64,000 bases of DNA from Chiloscyllium plagiosum (Eukaryota): the NCBI RefSeq assembly GCF_004010195.1, contig NC_057718.1, positions 103,667,963 to 103,731,962 of the forward strand, read 5' to 3'. How positions within the stretch are numbered: position 1 is the first letter of the stretch; each line of letters starts with the position of its first letter. The position numbers were made by a program, and so were the translations under genes. The notes under the pieces are model-generated. The model worked only from the letters and a program-made list of their open reading frames with translations. It made no database searches and was not told where the DNA came from. Positions 1-14,162 of this stretch are shown in pieces.

Positions 1-765
1 GAAAGCAAATTTTAGCAGGACTTATACACTTAATGGTAAGGTCCTAGGGAGTGTTGCTGAACAAAGAGACTTTGGAGTGCAGGTTCATAGCTCCTTGAAA
101 GTGGAGTCGCAGGTAGATAGGATAGTGAAGAAGGCGTTTGGTATGCTTTCCTTTATTGGTCAGAGCATTGAGTACAGGATTTGGGATGTCATGTTATGGC
201 TGTACAGGACATTGGTTAGGCCACTGTTGGAATATTGTGTGAACTTCTGTCTCCTTCCTATCGGAAAGATGTTGTGAAACTTGAAAGGGTTCAGAAAAGA
301 TTTACAAGGATGTTGCCAGGGTTGGAGGATTTGAGGTATAGGGAAAGGCTGAACAGGCTGGGGCTGTTTTCCCTGAGGCGTCGGAGGCTGAGGGGTGACC
401 TTATAGAGGTTTATAAAATCATGAGGGACATGGATAGATAAATAAACAAAGTCTTTTCCATGGGTTGGGGGAGTGTCCAGAACTAGAGGGCATAGGTTTA
501 GGGTGAGAGGGGAAAGATATAAAAGAGACCTAAGGGGCAATTCTTTCACACAGACGGTGGTACGTGTATGGAATGAGCTGCCAGAGGATGTGGTGGAGGC
601 TGGTATAGTTACAACATTTAAAAGGCATTTGAATGGGTATATGAATAGGAAGGGTTTGGAGGGATATGAGCCGGGTGCTGGCAGGTGGGACTAGATTGGG
701 TTGGGTCGGCATAGACGGGTTGGACCGAAGGGTCTGTCTCCATGCTGTCCATCTCTATGACTCTC
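1..765 (+). mobile_element. CR1 LINE (HER1-like), 3' part of ORF2 and 3' tail, frameshifted
   Basis: Fragments translate to LVRPLLEYCV, LERVQKRFTRMLPG, RRRLRGDLIEVYKIM and RTRGH..VRVWNELP; tail ends ctctatgactct. Confidence 0.93.
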
Positions 766-769
766 TCTT

Positions 770-1060
770 TGCTCAGATAAGTATCTTCTCTCTTTTTCTT
801 TATGTTCTAACTCCATTTAGGTTTTTCAAACTCCTCTGCACTTGTCTGTTTGTCTAACACACCTAAGTGCTTGACTAACTCCCTTACAATTTCAGCTTTA
901 CCTTTGTCCCTGGTTAGACCCAATTCTAACCACTTTGCTAATTCTAGATGTATGGCCTTCTTCTGTCTTTCTAAACTTTCTTGGCAAATTTGGGAACCAT
1001 CTTCAACCTCTTTCGCAATCTTAAGAGCCATTTCTCTCACTTTTAATTTAACAAACCACA
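770..1060 (-). mobile_element. Gypsy-type LTR retrotransposon gag N-terminal remnant
   Basis: ATG at 1031 gives MALKIAKEV..LELAKWLELGL..KAEIVRELVKHL; lies downstream of the LTR and PBS at 4180-4950 once the CR1 at 1063-4030 is removed. Confidence 0.6.
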
Positions 1061-1062
1061 AG

Positions 1063-4030
1063 TGGGTGAACGTGCAGCGTGGGTTGTTACCTGAGACTTC
1101 GATGTTGTGGCCATTACGGAGACATGGATAGAGCAGGGACAGGATTGGCTGTTGCAGGTTCCAGGATTCAGATGTTTCAGTAAGAACAGAGAAGATGGTA
1201 AAAGAGGGGGAGGTGTGACATTGTTGATCAGGGACAATATTACAGTTGTAGAAAAGATGTTTGGGGACTCGTTAACTGACGTAGTATGGGCTGAGGTTAG
1301 AAACAGGAAAGGAGAAGTCACCATGCTGGGAGTTTTCTATAGGCCTCTGAATAGTCCCAGAGATGTAGAGGAAAGGATAGCAAAGATGATTCTCGATAGG
1401 AGTGAGAGAAGCAGGGTAGTTGTCATGGGGGACTTCAACTATCCAAATATTGACTGGGATCACTACAGTACGAGTACTATAGATGGGTCAGTTTTTGTCC
1501 AGTGTGTGCAGGAGGGCTTCCTGACGCAGTATGTAGACAGATCTACAAGGGGCAAAGCCATTTTAGATTTAGTACTGGGTAACAAGGAAGTAGTTGAGCA
1601 CTTTGGAGACAGCGATCCCAATTCTGTCAGGTTTACTTTAGTGATGGAAAGGGATAGGTGTACTCCACCGAGCAAGAGTTACAGCTGGGGGAAGGGAAAT
1701 TACGATGCAATTAGGAAAGATTTAGGAAGCATAGGATGGGGAAGGAAACTGCAGGGGATGAGCACATTAAAAATGTGGAGCTTATTCAAGGAAAAGCTCC
1801 TGTGTGTCCTAGATAAGTATGTACCTGTCAGGCAGGGAGGAAGATATAGAACACGTGAGCTGTGGTTTACTAAGGAAGTGGTATCCCTGGTCAAGAAGAA
1901 GGCGGCTTATGTTAGGACAAAATGTGAAAACTCAGTTAGGGAGCTTGAGGGTTACAAGGAAGTCAGGAAAGACCTAAAAAGAGAGCTCAGAAGAGCTAGG
2001 AGCAGACATGAGAAGTTGTTGGCGGATAGGATCAGGGTTAACCCTAAGGCTTTTCATAGGTATGTCAGGAATAAAAGAACGATGAGAGTTAAATTAGGGC
2101 CAATCAAGGATAATAGAGGGAAGTTGTGTGTGAAGTCAGAGGAGATAGGGGAAGCACTAAATAAATATTTTTCGATAGTGTTCACTATAGAAAATGAAAA
2201 TGTTGGTGAGGAAGATACAGAGATACTTGCATCTAGACGAGAAGAGATTGAGGTTCACAAGGAAGAGGTAGCAGAAATACTGCAGAGTGTGAAAGTAGAC
2301 AAGTCCCTGGGGCCGGATGGGATCTATCCTCGGATCCTCTGGGAAGCAAGGGAAGAGATTGCCGAGCCTTTGGCATTGATCTTCAAATCATCATTGTCTA
2401 CAGGAATAGTGCCTGAGGACTGGAGGATAGCAAATGTGGTTCCCTTGTTCAAAAAGGGTAGTAGACACAACCCTGGTAATTACAGACCAGTGAGTCTCAC
2501 TTCAGTTGTTGGTAAAGTGTTGGAAAAGGTTATAAGAGAGACGATTTATAACCATCTAGAAAAGAATAATCTGATCAGGGATAGTCAGCACGGTTTTGTG
2601 AAGGGTAGGTCATGCCTAACGAATCTGATTGAATTTTTTGATAAAGTGATCAAACAGGTTGATGAGAGTAAACCGGTTGATGTGGTGTACATGGATTTCA
2701 GCAAGGCATTCGATAAGGTTCCCCACAGTAGGCTATTACACAAAATGTGGAGGGATGGGATTGTGGGAGACATAGCAGTTTGGCTCAGTAATTGGCTTGC
2801 TGAAAGAAAACAGAGGGTTGTAGTTGNNNNNNNNNNNNNNNNNNNNNNNNNNNNNNNNNNNNNNNNNNNNNNNNNNNNNNNNNNNNNNNNNNNNNNNNNN
2901 NNNNNNNNNNNNNNNNNNNNNNNNNNNNNNNNNNNNNNNNNNNNNNNNNNNNNNNNNNNNNNNNNNNNNNNNNNNNNNNNNNNNNNNNNNNNNNNNNNNN
3001 NNNNNNNNNNNNNNNNNNNNNNNNNNNNNNNNNNNNNNNNNNNNNNNNNNNNNNNNNNNNNNNNNNNNNNNNNNNNNNNNNNNNNNNNNNNNNNNNNNNN
3101 NNNNNNNNNNNNNNNNNNNNNNNNNNNNNNNNNNNNNNNNNNNNNNNNNNNNNNNNNNNNNNNNNNNNNNNNNNNNNNNNNNNNNNNNNNNNNNNNNNNN
3201 NNNNNNNNNNNNNNNNNNNNNNNNNNNNNNNNNNNNNNNNNNNNNNNNNNNNNNNNNNNNNNNNNNNNNNNNNNNNNNNNNNNNNNNNNNNNNNNNNNNN
3301 NNNNNNNNNNNNNNNNNNNNNNNNNNNNNNNNNNNNNNNNNNNNNNNNNNNNNNNNNNNNNNNNNNNNNNNNNNNNNNNNNNNNNNNNNNNNNNNNNNNN
3401 NNNNNNNNNNNNNNNNNNNNNNNNNNNNNNNNNNNNNNNNNNNNNNNNNNNNNNNNNNNNNNNNNCGGCCGCACTTGGAGTATTGTGTACAGTTCTGGTC
3501 ACCGCATTATAAGAAGGATGTGGAAGCTTTGGAAAGGGTGCAGAGGAGATTTACTAGGATGTTGCCTGGTATGGAAGGAATGTCTTATGAGGAAAGGCTG
3601 AGGGACTTGAAGCTGTTCTCGTTAGAGAGAAGAAGGTTGAGAGGTGACTTAATAGAGACATACAAGATAATCAGAGGGTTAGATAGGGTGGACAGGGAGA
3701 GTCTTTTTCCAAGTATGGGGACGGCAAACACGAGGGAACACAACTTTAAAGTGAGGGGAGATAGGTATAAGACAGATGTCAAAGGTAGTTTCTTTACTCA
3801 GACAGTAGTAAGGGTATGGAATGTTTTGCTTTCAATATTAGTAGGTTCGCCAAGTTTAAGTGAATTTAAGTCGTCATTGGACAGGCATATGGACGTACAT
3901 GGAATAGTGTGGGTGGGATGGGCTTCAGATTGGTATGACAGGTCGGCGCAACATCGAGGGCCGAAGGGCCTGTACTGTGCTGTAATATTCTATGTAACTC
4001 CTCTATGTACCTCTTCAATAATGTTCTATG
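1063..4030 (+). mobile_element. Young CR1 LINE, ORF2 (APE endonuclease plus reverse transcriptase), interrupted by an N gap
   Basis: Open frame from 1107 to the gap at 2826 contains AITETW, GVFYRP, MGDFNYP, ILDLVL, PGNYRPVSLTS, QHGFVKGRSCLTNL and VYMDFSKAFDKVPH. After the gap: [13 protein letters not shown]. 3' tail has tatgta repeats. Confidence 0.96.
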
Positions 4031-4179
4031 TAACCAAAATTAACAAATTGTCTCACCTACATTTTATTTAAAGATCTAGGACACTAATTGGCAAATGTTT
4101 AAATCTTCTGGTATCTTTCTTACCACAAATCTGTTCACATCTGTCCAAATCTCAGACTGGATCTGTCTAAACCTGTCCA

Positions 4180-4200
4180 AATCACGGACCCGTGCCCCCA
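4180..4200 (-). promoter_or_regulatory. Degenerate primer-binding site (tRNA-Pro-like)
   Basis: Minus strand reads tgtaaca-gtt-TGGGGGCACGGGTCCGTGATTT, similar to the PBS-Pro consensus TGGGGGCTCGTCCGGGAT. Confidence 0.55.
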
Positions 4201-4203
4201 AAC

Positions 4204-4950
4204 TGTTACAACATGGCGGTGAACCCCGCTGCTAATCAAACCAAACAGCCAGAAGAGCTCATCTCACAACATAATCTATTAAAGTATGAATGACAAAGAA
4301 CTCCCAACTTCCACTGTTTAAAGAAGAAATATCAATTTATCTTTAAGTTTCAAAGTGAACATTAAACAACATTATTTACAACTCTGAGCCCCCCTTTCAC
4401 TTAACTGTTTGTTATCATCCTCCCACTCTATAACAATATACTGTTCTGATAAAAACCTGCATTAAAATTACATCATCTTCATTTCAAAACCCCGCAGGGG
4501 GTAGCTGTTGTGGTTGATGTCTGGCTCCCTCTGGCTGTAGATCTCCTTGGGTTGTCTTCAGTCTTTTCCTGCAAAGATGTTTCATATGAAAAAAATGTCC
4601 CTTTGATAAAGAATGTTTTGCTCGCAGTTACTCTGTCGATGGCAGTTGGTCTCACTCTCTAACTGTCAAAATGTCTGCTTCTTTATACACCTAGCATCGG
4701 ATCATCTCATTGGTTCAACATTGGCAAAGCAACAAATTCAAAATCAATTAGTTTTTAATATCCTGGGGCATAATTTAAACTGATTGCTTCAATTCAAATG
4801 GTTGCCAAAACAGCAACCAAAACTTAGGTATTCGTTTCTCAGCCAAATGCTACATATTTTCAATTTTCCAGTGCACTCTGAGACTGCTAGTCAGTCACAT
4901 GACAGGTGTCTGTAAGCTCTCAGTGCAAAACAGCTTTCAAAACAGGTACA
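4204..4950 (-). mobile_element. 5' LTR of the Gypsy-type element
   Basis: Minus strand starts TGTACC and ends TGTAACA, directly followed by the PBS-like motif. The upstream boundary is approximate. Confidence 0.55.
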
Positions 4951-5284
4951 GTAGACTCCTTCAACTTCATACCAGTTGGGGGTTGGCTGCATATAACCTG
5001 ATGCATGTTACAATGTGGAGGGCAGGGATTTGGATGACCTCAAGTTTGTGGTGCATTAGAATGGTCATTTCTAACAGTAGCTTGGTGACAGAGTGCCAAC
5101 TAATTGTTTCATAACTCTCCTTTGAAATCTCTCACAACAGTTTGCTATGCTGAAGGCATTCCATAAATACACATTTGTGGTACTATTTGCCTGGATTCCA
5201 TCTATTCCCAAGTTTCCAAGGTCATGAACATAACCGTCTTGTGATCTGGTAAGAGATGTTTCTGCTCTGTATCTTTACGAGGGT

Positions 5285-5580
5285 TTTTTTCATTCACCCA
5301 TGGGATGTGGGATGTGGACTGGGCCCAGTATTTATTGCCTGTCCCGAGTTGCCCCTTGAGAAGGTGGGGGTGAGCTGCCTTCTTGATCTGCTGCAGTCCA
5401 CATACCCACAATGTCCTTAGGGAAGGAATTCCAGGATTCTGACCCAGTGACAGTGAAGGAACGGTGATATATCTCCAAGTCAGGATGATGAGTGGCTTGG
5501 AGGGAAACTTGCAGGGGGTGGTGTTCCCATGTATCTGCTGTCCTTGTCCTTCTAGATGGAAGTGATTGTGAGTTTGGACG
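5285..5580 (-). mobile_element. 3' end of a CR1-clade LINE (second family)
   Basis: Shares the tail caccttctcaagggcaactagggacgggcaataaatactggccc with copies near 19600, 25030, 37140, 57600 and 61300. Confidence 0.75.
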
Positions 5581-6959
5581 AGTGGTTTTGTTTGAAGTAT
5601 ATTATTGCTGTGTTAATTGATGCAATAGGGACATTCCTTTCTTAAAGAAGTCAAGATACTTAGTCAAGTTAAGCCTTCTGTTTCTGAATTTCTGTTGGAC
5701 TGCTATATATTCAGTTGCTACTTTGCAGACCCTTAATACTTAAAGCAATTGTAGTGTGCCGACAAAATGTGTTTATCAAAAACACTGGTCTTGTCTCTTG
5801 AAAGTGAATGAAGAAGTGGACAAGCTAAATCAGTCCTGCTCACTGATGCTGGTATGTGGGATAGATATAATATCACAAGTCACAGATAGTATGGCCAAAC
5901 AATGTTTGAAAAGAGAAATGTGGATGACTATGAATTTGAGAGACCTTCAAAGAAAGCCAAAGCACATATCAAGAGGGTCATCTGTTGGCCTTCTTCTCAC
6001 CTTTCTCTCTGACCCCCAAATGAAATTCACACATTTCTCAATGACTGAAACTGCCTTCAAGAAGCTCAGTTACCTTCCATTGTGTCAAAAGATGACTTCC
6101 CGCAATACAATTCCTAACCTCTGCACAGCTCCTGCTTGTCTCAGATTTGAACATAGCTTTTAGGAGATGTTTTTAACATTCTTGTATTCTTACACAGACT
6201 CCAAGACAAAAAAAAAGCTGGTCATCAGATTTGTGATCATTCTGTCATCTCGAGACTTTGAGCTTTACAGAAAACAGGACAGCTAAAGGGGGAAGGTGAA
6301 ACTCACTCTAGACACCAAACTTTGTCAATATTGTTTCAGCATTGGGATATCAAGGAGAAACCATTTCTTTCATAATTATGGACTTTAAATATCGATCATA
6401 AGGTTTAAAAATGCACACAGGATCAAATCAGTCACATAACCTAAGGCCAACAAGAACGCCATTGTGCATTTTTGTAGCCTCTTTCAAATAATTAAACTCT
6501 GGATGGTGCTTCAAGCAGGGATTATCAAACAAAACTTGACACCACCCACAAAAAGATGAATATTAGGAGAGTTGACAGAAAGCTTGCTCAAAGAGAAAGG
6601 TGTTGAGGAATGTTTTAAAAAGAAAGGGGAAGGTGCCAAGGGGCAGGGGGCGGGGCTATCAGCAAAGGAAGTAGAATCGGTCAAGCAGAAATATCTCAGA
6701 GGTGCTGAGTGGCTACAAGATCTGTAGGGTCTGATTACAGACACCCTGGAAGGATTTGCAAACAATGACGAGTATTTTAAAGGTGAGACCTTGCTTGACT
6801 GGAGCCAATGAAGAAATGAAAGTCAGCAAACTCAGAGGGGATGTGGACGAGTGCTTATCCTATGCTAGCTAAAAGCACCCATGTATTTGTTTTAGAAGGT
6901 TAGTTGGTGGAAGAAGGTTAACATGGGCTGCTGCAACTTTTGATATTGGAGGCTCACTT

Positions 6960-7510
6960 ACCTGGAGAAATTTTGGTCCCTTTACTTGAGGAGGAATGTG
7001 GTCATATTGACGACAGGTCAGATGAGGTTCACTAGATTGATTCCAGAGATGAGAGGTTTGTCTTTTGAAGAGAGATTGAGCAGTTTAGGCCTATACTCAT
7101 TGAAGTTTTGAAGAATGAGGGGAGATCTAATTGAGAGATATCTAAAGGGCATTGACGCAGAAAGAGTCTTCCCCCTTGTGGGGCAATCTATGACAAGAGG
7201 TCATAGTTTCAGGATGAGGGATAGCAGAATTAGAACCTAGATTAGGATAAATCACTTCTCTCAAAGGGTCATGAATCTGCGGAATTCACTTCCCCAGAGT
7301 GTGGTGGATGCTGGAACATTTAGTAATTTTCAGGAGGAGCTAGACAGATTAGTAATAGAATGAACGGTTATGGAGAGCAGGCAGGAAAGTGGAGGTGAGG
7401 CTGCGATGAGATCAGCCATGATCGTTTTAAATGGTGCAGCGGGCTCGAGGGGCGAGGAGAAAATGAGGGGCTGAATGGCCCACTCCTGCTCCTAGCTCTA
7501 ATATTCTTGT
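6960..7510 (+). mobile_element. Degraded CR1 LINE 3' fragment
   Basis: Decayed RRMRGDLIE, RGHS and NLWNSLP segments plus CR1 3' UTR (gatcagccatgatc, gggctgaatggcc). Confidence 0.85.
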
Positions 7511-8703
7511 TCCACTGACTCACTACTCAGGAGTTGAATATATCCCTCCTACTTTGCCAAACCTTGGAGTTATTTCAATGGCCTAATTAGCTGTGCACTA
7601 TATACATTAGAACAGTTGTCATCTGCATGATATCTGGACAGGCAACATAACCTGTTTATGATGTTATTAATTTGTGTATGGCTTTTTATAAAAGTAAGTC
7701 AGAACGCCTTCAGCAGTTTTGGTACATGCCATGTTTGAGCAGTAATTGCAAGGTAAGACTTTTATCTTTATCCATTTTCCAATTTTCCCACCAATTTACT
7801 CCCGTAAGCTCCATCGCGCAGAAGAGCAGTGACTTGTACAGCCCTGAAGTTGGGAGGTGATGTCACACACATTCATGATGTGTGAGCCTGACATGTGCTG
7901 CTTGGGGCGATTTTAGCAACAAGTGGATGAAAGAGAACTGCATGAACTTCAGAATATTATTATTAATTCTCAAGAGCCTGTTACTGAAATAGTATTCAAT
8001 CCCATCCCAAACCCATCTGCCTCTCCCCCGCCCTCTGAGTAGCGATCAGAAACCCCTCACTCATCCAAGAATGTCAAGACTAAATATTTTCACACTGAAC
8101 TGTAATAACTCCCAATTGACCAGATGATCCACTCAGCTCTGAAACCATACTCCATTCAACAAGACCACAATCATTAAATATCGTGAATACCCAAAATATT
8201 GTTGTCCCTGACACAAACTCTTTCTCAGGAGCTGCTGACACCATCCCTCATTCTGCTAACTGGCTGATGTTGAATCAATATAATTGTACCGTTGGAACTG
8301 GACCTGGCCCCTACATAAGGTTCTGACTGTATGTTAATGACTCCACAAAGACTAATTGTTTCCACTTTCACAACCCCCTGTTGGGGATGGGGAAAGAAGT
8401 CACAGAGCCCAGCACCATTCCTGGCTCAAGCCACTAACCCCACCCTGATCCAAGCACAACATCCCCTCCTCTGAGCCGAGCACAGCTGCCCCAATCCTGC
8501 CCCCAATCCCTCAGACCCCTCCCCCCATCTCACACCCAGCACTGCGACTCTCCCCACACTCTGGGTAGGAGGCTGCAGGGAGGCCTGGGTGCAGATTACT
8601 AGATCCCAATGTACCCACCCTATCCCTGGCATTGCACCCAGGTCTACGCTTGCCTCAGTCTATTTGCAGTCAGATTTTCAGATTTTTCAGATTCTTTTCA
8701 CAG

Positions 8704-8794
8704 TATCAACGCTGTCCTGGCTGATCTCCTAAGTCATAATATCTGGAAATTTGAAGTCGACCAAAGCTATGTTGACAGTGAAAAATTCCCCTAC
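8704..8794 (+). CDS. Candidate isolated coding exon (INAVLADLLSHNIWKFEVDQSYVDSEKFPY)
   Basis: Acceptor ttcttttcacag and donor TAC|gtaaga; open frame from phase 2 to phase 0; non-repetitive sequence. Partner exons not established. Confidence 0.4.
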
Positions 8795-11700
8795 GTAAGA
8801 ACTATGGTGGGGGTAGGGATGGAGGGAAACCTGTTAGAGTTGGGGGGGCGCGGCGGTGTGTTCTGTATAAGTGGGAGTGAAGGTGCTGTCTCTCCGTGCA
8901 GGATTCACTGAAGTAGAACTCCACATTGACTGGCCAGTGCTACCTTGGAGATTGTGACCTTAACCTTTCAGCTCATGACCCCACTTGGGGTCATGACCTC
9001 CACTTTGGGAAGCTCTGCAGTAAGCCCTGAAATTTCCTTCTTAAACCTATTGACCACCTCCTTTTCGATGCTTCTTAAAACCTCCCTCCTTGACCAAGCT
9101 TTTGATCATCACCGTTACAGGGCTCAGTGTCACAATCTGCTGAGTAACTCTGCTGGGAACTTTGAATTATATTAAGGGTGCTATATAAAGACGCAGTGTT
9201 GTTGGCACACTTGGTGATCAAGCAACCGGATAAAGGCAAACTCTGGAAGAGCAGAAGTGGAGCTTGAAGAGGATTCGGAAGTCTTAGGAATAGTGTTTGG
9301 GAAGCAGAGCCTTTTTCATGAAGTGGAATGTCAGCTTTCAAGATGGGTTTTGGGAAAGTGTGTTGGAGATGGAAGGATTCACCAGTGTGATAGGCAAAAG
9401 CATCCAGCAGGAGGAAAGGTATCGTGAATTTGAAATAGTTTTTATTGTTACATGAACTCACGTGAGTAAAATGAAAAGTCTACAAGTTGCCACCTATCAT
9501 GCCATTTAGGTACAATGGTATCTAGGTACAGAACCTTGGTACAAAGCAGAAAGGTAAAGAAAACAAGATTAAAAAGTGAAACATTACAGTTCTTCTTACT
9601 GAAAGTTAGAAAAACAAAGAAAAAAAATTAACAGTTCAACACCACAGTCCCTAAGGCTGAGACAAATGGTTAGAGAGTAGAGTAACCTTTTTATGAATGA
9701 AATATATTTTTGAAATAAAAATCTTTTCAAAAATCTTTTCAGTTGTCCAAGTGTAGTTTTGAGGAGGGAGGGTCAATACTGAGCTGGTGCATCCATGACA
9801 GTACAATTGGGACATGATTTAAATTTACATTGGTCAAACTTTATTAACGTCATCTCAGAAGACAACTGTTCTGCAAACTATTGGATAACTGATTATAATC
9901 AGCTACTGGATCTGTCATGAGATTTTAAATATGCAATACGTTAAAGTTATAATTTAATAAAGTTTTCAATGGTTATATGTACTCTTGAATTAAATTCCAT
10001 GCTATAATTTAAATCATTGAAAGTCAGACTGCTCCAGCACAAACTGTTAAAAGATTCATTCATTTCTTTTATTTTGGCTAAAATTCTTCAGATTCTGCCC
10101 ATGGTTTATGAAGCTCTGTTGGTTTGAACAGAACCTTTTCTTCTGCAAACTCTGTGTAATTAAAACTGAGGAGTGTCTTAATGACTACAGGCTGCAGTAG
10201 TCTTGTTGCTGAGGTCTTGACAATTCTTTGCAAAGACCAATAAAATTACAATGCATCTCCCTTCTTAGCGCTAAACCGATTGAAATCCGTTCACCCCGTG
10301 TGAAGGGTGGAAAAGATTCATTAATGGCACTTCATTAGAAAGCTGCATAGAGTGCAGTGAATGTGACTTCTTCTGACAAAAATGTCAGTCTGTCTATTAG
10401 GAAAGGAACAAAGACAGTTTAGCAAACTAAACTCTGTCTCCACTGCTGAGGATTACGAAGGGTGATAGGATTAGTGTTTAATGACTAGAGGCAGGAGACA
10501 AAGGGAGTTATACTGCAAAGAGGCTTAGATATGGAAGAATTAACACTGTCTATCCCAGGCATATCTTTGATGACTTCTAACATCCTCAGCTCTTGCCGAA
10601 ACTAAAGTCCAAAGAATAAACTATCTCTTTTTTTTGTTTGAAAAGCAAAGAAAGCAGCATAAAACTCTTGCTCACTTTTATTATCCCAAATATTATTTTT
10701 TGCCTGAATTTTCTGTTGGGGAGAGGTCAACAGGAAAAACTGTGAGCTATGGTTTGTGCCGTTTAAAGGAATGAACACGACAGGGAGATGAGCTGGTTAT
10801 GGTTTGTTTGTAGAAAATGAGAGGATACAGCAATTCAAAACAAAACAAGCTACTGTTCAGTCTCAGTGTGACAGGCAGTAGTCCACTGACCCTGTAATGT
10901 GAGGTACTGACTGATTTGAGGCAAAGTTGCCCTAACATTGCAGCTCCTCAGGAACATGAGCCTATTCCAAACCAAAACACAATGAAACTCAAGCTGACTT
11001 TCTTCCCCCTTCAGAATGAAAGAAAGTCATATTAATATTTCCCTCATTAGCAAACACACACTGCTGAGAAGATGTTAGACGGTGTGCAAGCTGATCTCTG
11101 AGGGCATCCCAGGTCATTCAACCTTCAGGTTATTGCACGCTTGGAAAACCTGCCTTGTTTCTTCTTGTGGAATGGCTGAAGTATGTTATTGTACATAATT
11201 CTGAGAGATACGGAAAAGCAAGTGAATCCAGAGGAGTTCACAAGAGAATAGGATTGTTTATTGTTAACTTTAAATCTGAGATAGATAATTTTTTTGTTAA
11301 GCAAAGGGTATTAAGGGATATGATCCAGATGCAGCTGGGCCACAAATCAGCCACAATCTCACTGAATGCTGCAACAGGCTCGAGGGGCTGAATGGCCTGA
11401 ATGAGATATAATGATCGAATCCCTGAATTAAAAAATCAGCCAGAAGGTCCTTTCGGAGCATTTGGCAAAAGGTCTCAAAATCAAAACGTCTGCTTTTAGA
11501 CATATTAAAAGACAGAAATGATGGATTTATTTTAAAAGAAACCTTCAAAAGCTGAGACAATTTGCTTCTTTCCCTGTTCAATGGCATAGTTATTTTCCCT
11601 CCCTGGCTCCCACTTAGATTCGAAGCCTCAACTATATCTGGCTTTTTCTAGTATGAGTGTGAAAATGGTAGCCCCCTGCTGTAATCCTTTCAGGGGCAAT

Positions 11701-12694
11701 GCCATCAGTCAGTGTGAAATTAAATACATTACAGGGTTAGGGATTAAAGTGTTTTATAGGCAACCATTCAGCCACATCAAACTTTAGCATTTAAAAAAAA
11801 ATCCGCACATTTGATCCTTGGACAGGAACCGTGGCTTGAGAATGGGAGTAGAACATTTGACACTGTCAATGGGGCATGCACAGTCTTCAGTTCAGAGCAC
11901 TGCTCTGCAAGGGAAGGAAGTATACGCAAGTAATGAATTAAGTCCTGGAGAATCACGCGAGCTGTGTTGCTAACAATCACCGCACTGCACACCAGTTCAT
12001 TTAACCGACAACATCAACACTCTTTAGCAAGCCAGGCTTGTTCCAATCACGATACCAGGAAAACATTGAAGATCGTTTAGTGTCATGGATCATTGTCAAG
12101 CTAAGCCTTTAAAGTATGACTTGTAGATGATCCATACAGAAAACAACAGGGGAGGCTACAGTTTTGTGACTTTCAATTCCTCATTCAAGAATTCAGACAG
12201 CTCACAACCTAACATTGCTGAATTCCAATGTAATGTTTAACACTTCAGATCCAAGTGCTGCGATGTACATTGTGAAATCCACATGCACATTGGCCAGTTT
12301 ATAACCTAAACATGCTTCCAAGGACTTAAGGGTCAGGAGACTTGATTCAACATTTTCTGCATCAACCCATTCAGAGATGTTATGAAACACCTGCGGAGTG
12401 GGTGGGATTTGAACCCACCTGACTCAGAGATAAAAGCCTGTAAGAGACTGATTAATTCAGAATTCCTGATGGAATTCCATCCAGGTTTGCTTTGCTAATT
12501 TGGTATTGCATGTGGGATCAACAGGAGTAAACTGGCAAACACAAAGTTTAGACAGACACTTACCTTTCGACAGCGGAAAGGAGCTCAGTGCGTGGCACAG
12601 CCTGCATAACCCTGAACAAATGAATGTTGTAGGAGCAGAGTCATTAAACATCCCTAGAAAGGAGATCAACAAGAACAACATGATCAAATCAAGC

Positions 12695-12885
12695 AAAGTA
12701 CTGCGGATGCTGGAGATGAGAGCTAAAAACAGACAGTGGTGGAGAATCTCAGCCGGCCTGGCAGGACCTGTAGTAAGAGAAACAGAGTTAATGCTTACAG
12801 TCATATTGGACTCAAAATGTTAACTCTTTCCCCCTTCACAGATGCAGTTCGACCCGCTGAATTTCAGCATGTTCTGTTTCTATTT
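12695..12885. mobile_element. Degenerate Penelope-like terminal fold-back
   Basis: Inverted arms of the same family as 57720-57937. Confidence 0.6.
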
Positions 12886-14162
12886 AAATAAAATATGCTG
12901 CTTTTTTTTTAAATGTAAAGGATTTCTGATCACTTCCAAAGAATTTTGACCCTGCCATTTAAAATCCATTAGAGGTCGTACATTATAAATAACACAACAA
13001 GAATATATTAGTGCTAGTATCTGATCAGGAACTTCTGAGTACTCATGAAGCACAGAACTTCCTTCACACTGCGGTGATCACAACTATAAATAATGGTTGC
13101 TGTTCATCTCCAAATATTCCGTGACTGAGTTTCATTTCTTTTTCTCAGTTGATCGACTGGCCACAATGTCTGGAGAAGGTTCTCTGCCTTCCCAAGGGTG
13201 AAGTAATCATTCTAATTTTTATTTGACTGTAAGAGGCCACATATTTTTCTTTCATTTTAGACTATAAATGGGAAAATAAACATTTTTCCCAAATAAGCAA
13301 AGGTACCAGGAGCATTATTGCAACTTGAAAATAATGTGGGTTTATATGATATATGCTTTAGCTATACAAAATTATTACTTTTTGAAGCAGTGAGGTAGAC
13401 AGTTTATGAGACAGAGTGGTACTAGGAATCTTTGAGTTCAGGAAATACTGCCTAATGACAGCCTTTGGATTGGTCAAGCTACAGTTTGTTATAGACCTGT
13501 GAGTGCAGTTCTTGTAGAGATAACCAGAAGCTTGCAAACGAGGAACATCTCTCACCATCGCTCACTGCGAGTGAAAAAGACAAAACATGAAGATTCTGAA
13601 AGTAAGGAGTCCTGATACACAAAAAGACTTAGGTCTATCTGATCATCCAATTAATAAAAAAAATTTGATCATTGCTTGCAAGTTACCTTGTGTTACAATC
13701 ACACAAAAAAAATCAGACAAACCTTGAGAAACAGCATAACCACCCTTGTGGTCTGAACTCTAAAATTACAGAATTGCTTTTCCACATCAATATTTTTCCA
13801 CCTACAGTATTTGTGTCAAATTAACTATTTCTATGTCAAATTAACTATTAACGTGTGTGTATTTGGACTTTTAAAGGGGGAGAGCTTAAGTCGCATTGCA
13901 GTAAATGTTTTGTTTCCATTTATTAGGAAAAGGTTTGCTTGCAATAAATGGAGTTAATTTCCTGTTTATGGTGAAACCCAGTGTGAATTACTTTTGTCCT
14001 GAACAGCAGGCCAATGATCTCTAAGCAGTATTTGAAATAAAAGGGAAATGGATGTGCTCACTATGTGTGAAGGAGCTAGCATTGAAATATAAGGGTTAAC
14101 ATGGATTAATAGGGTCTGGTGAATTTTGCAAGTCATTGGCAGAGGCAGGTGGAGATCATTGC

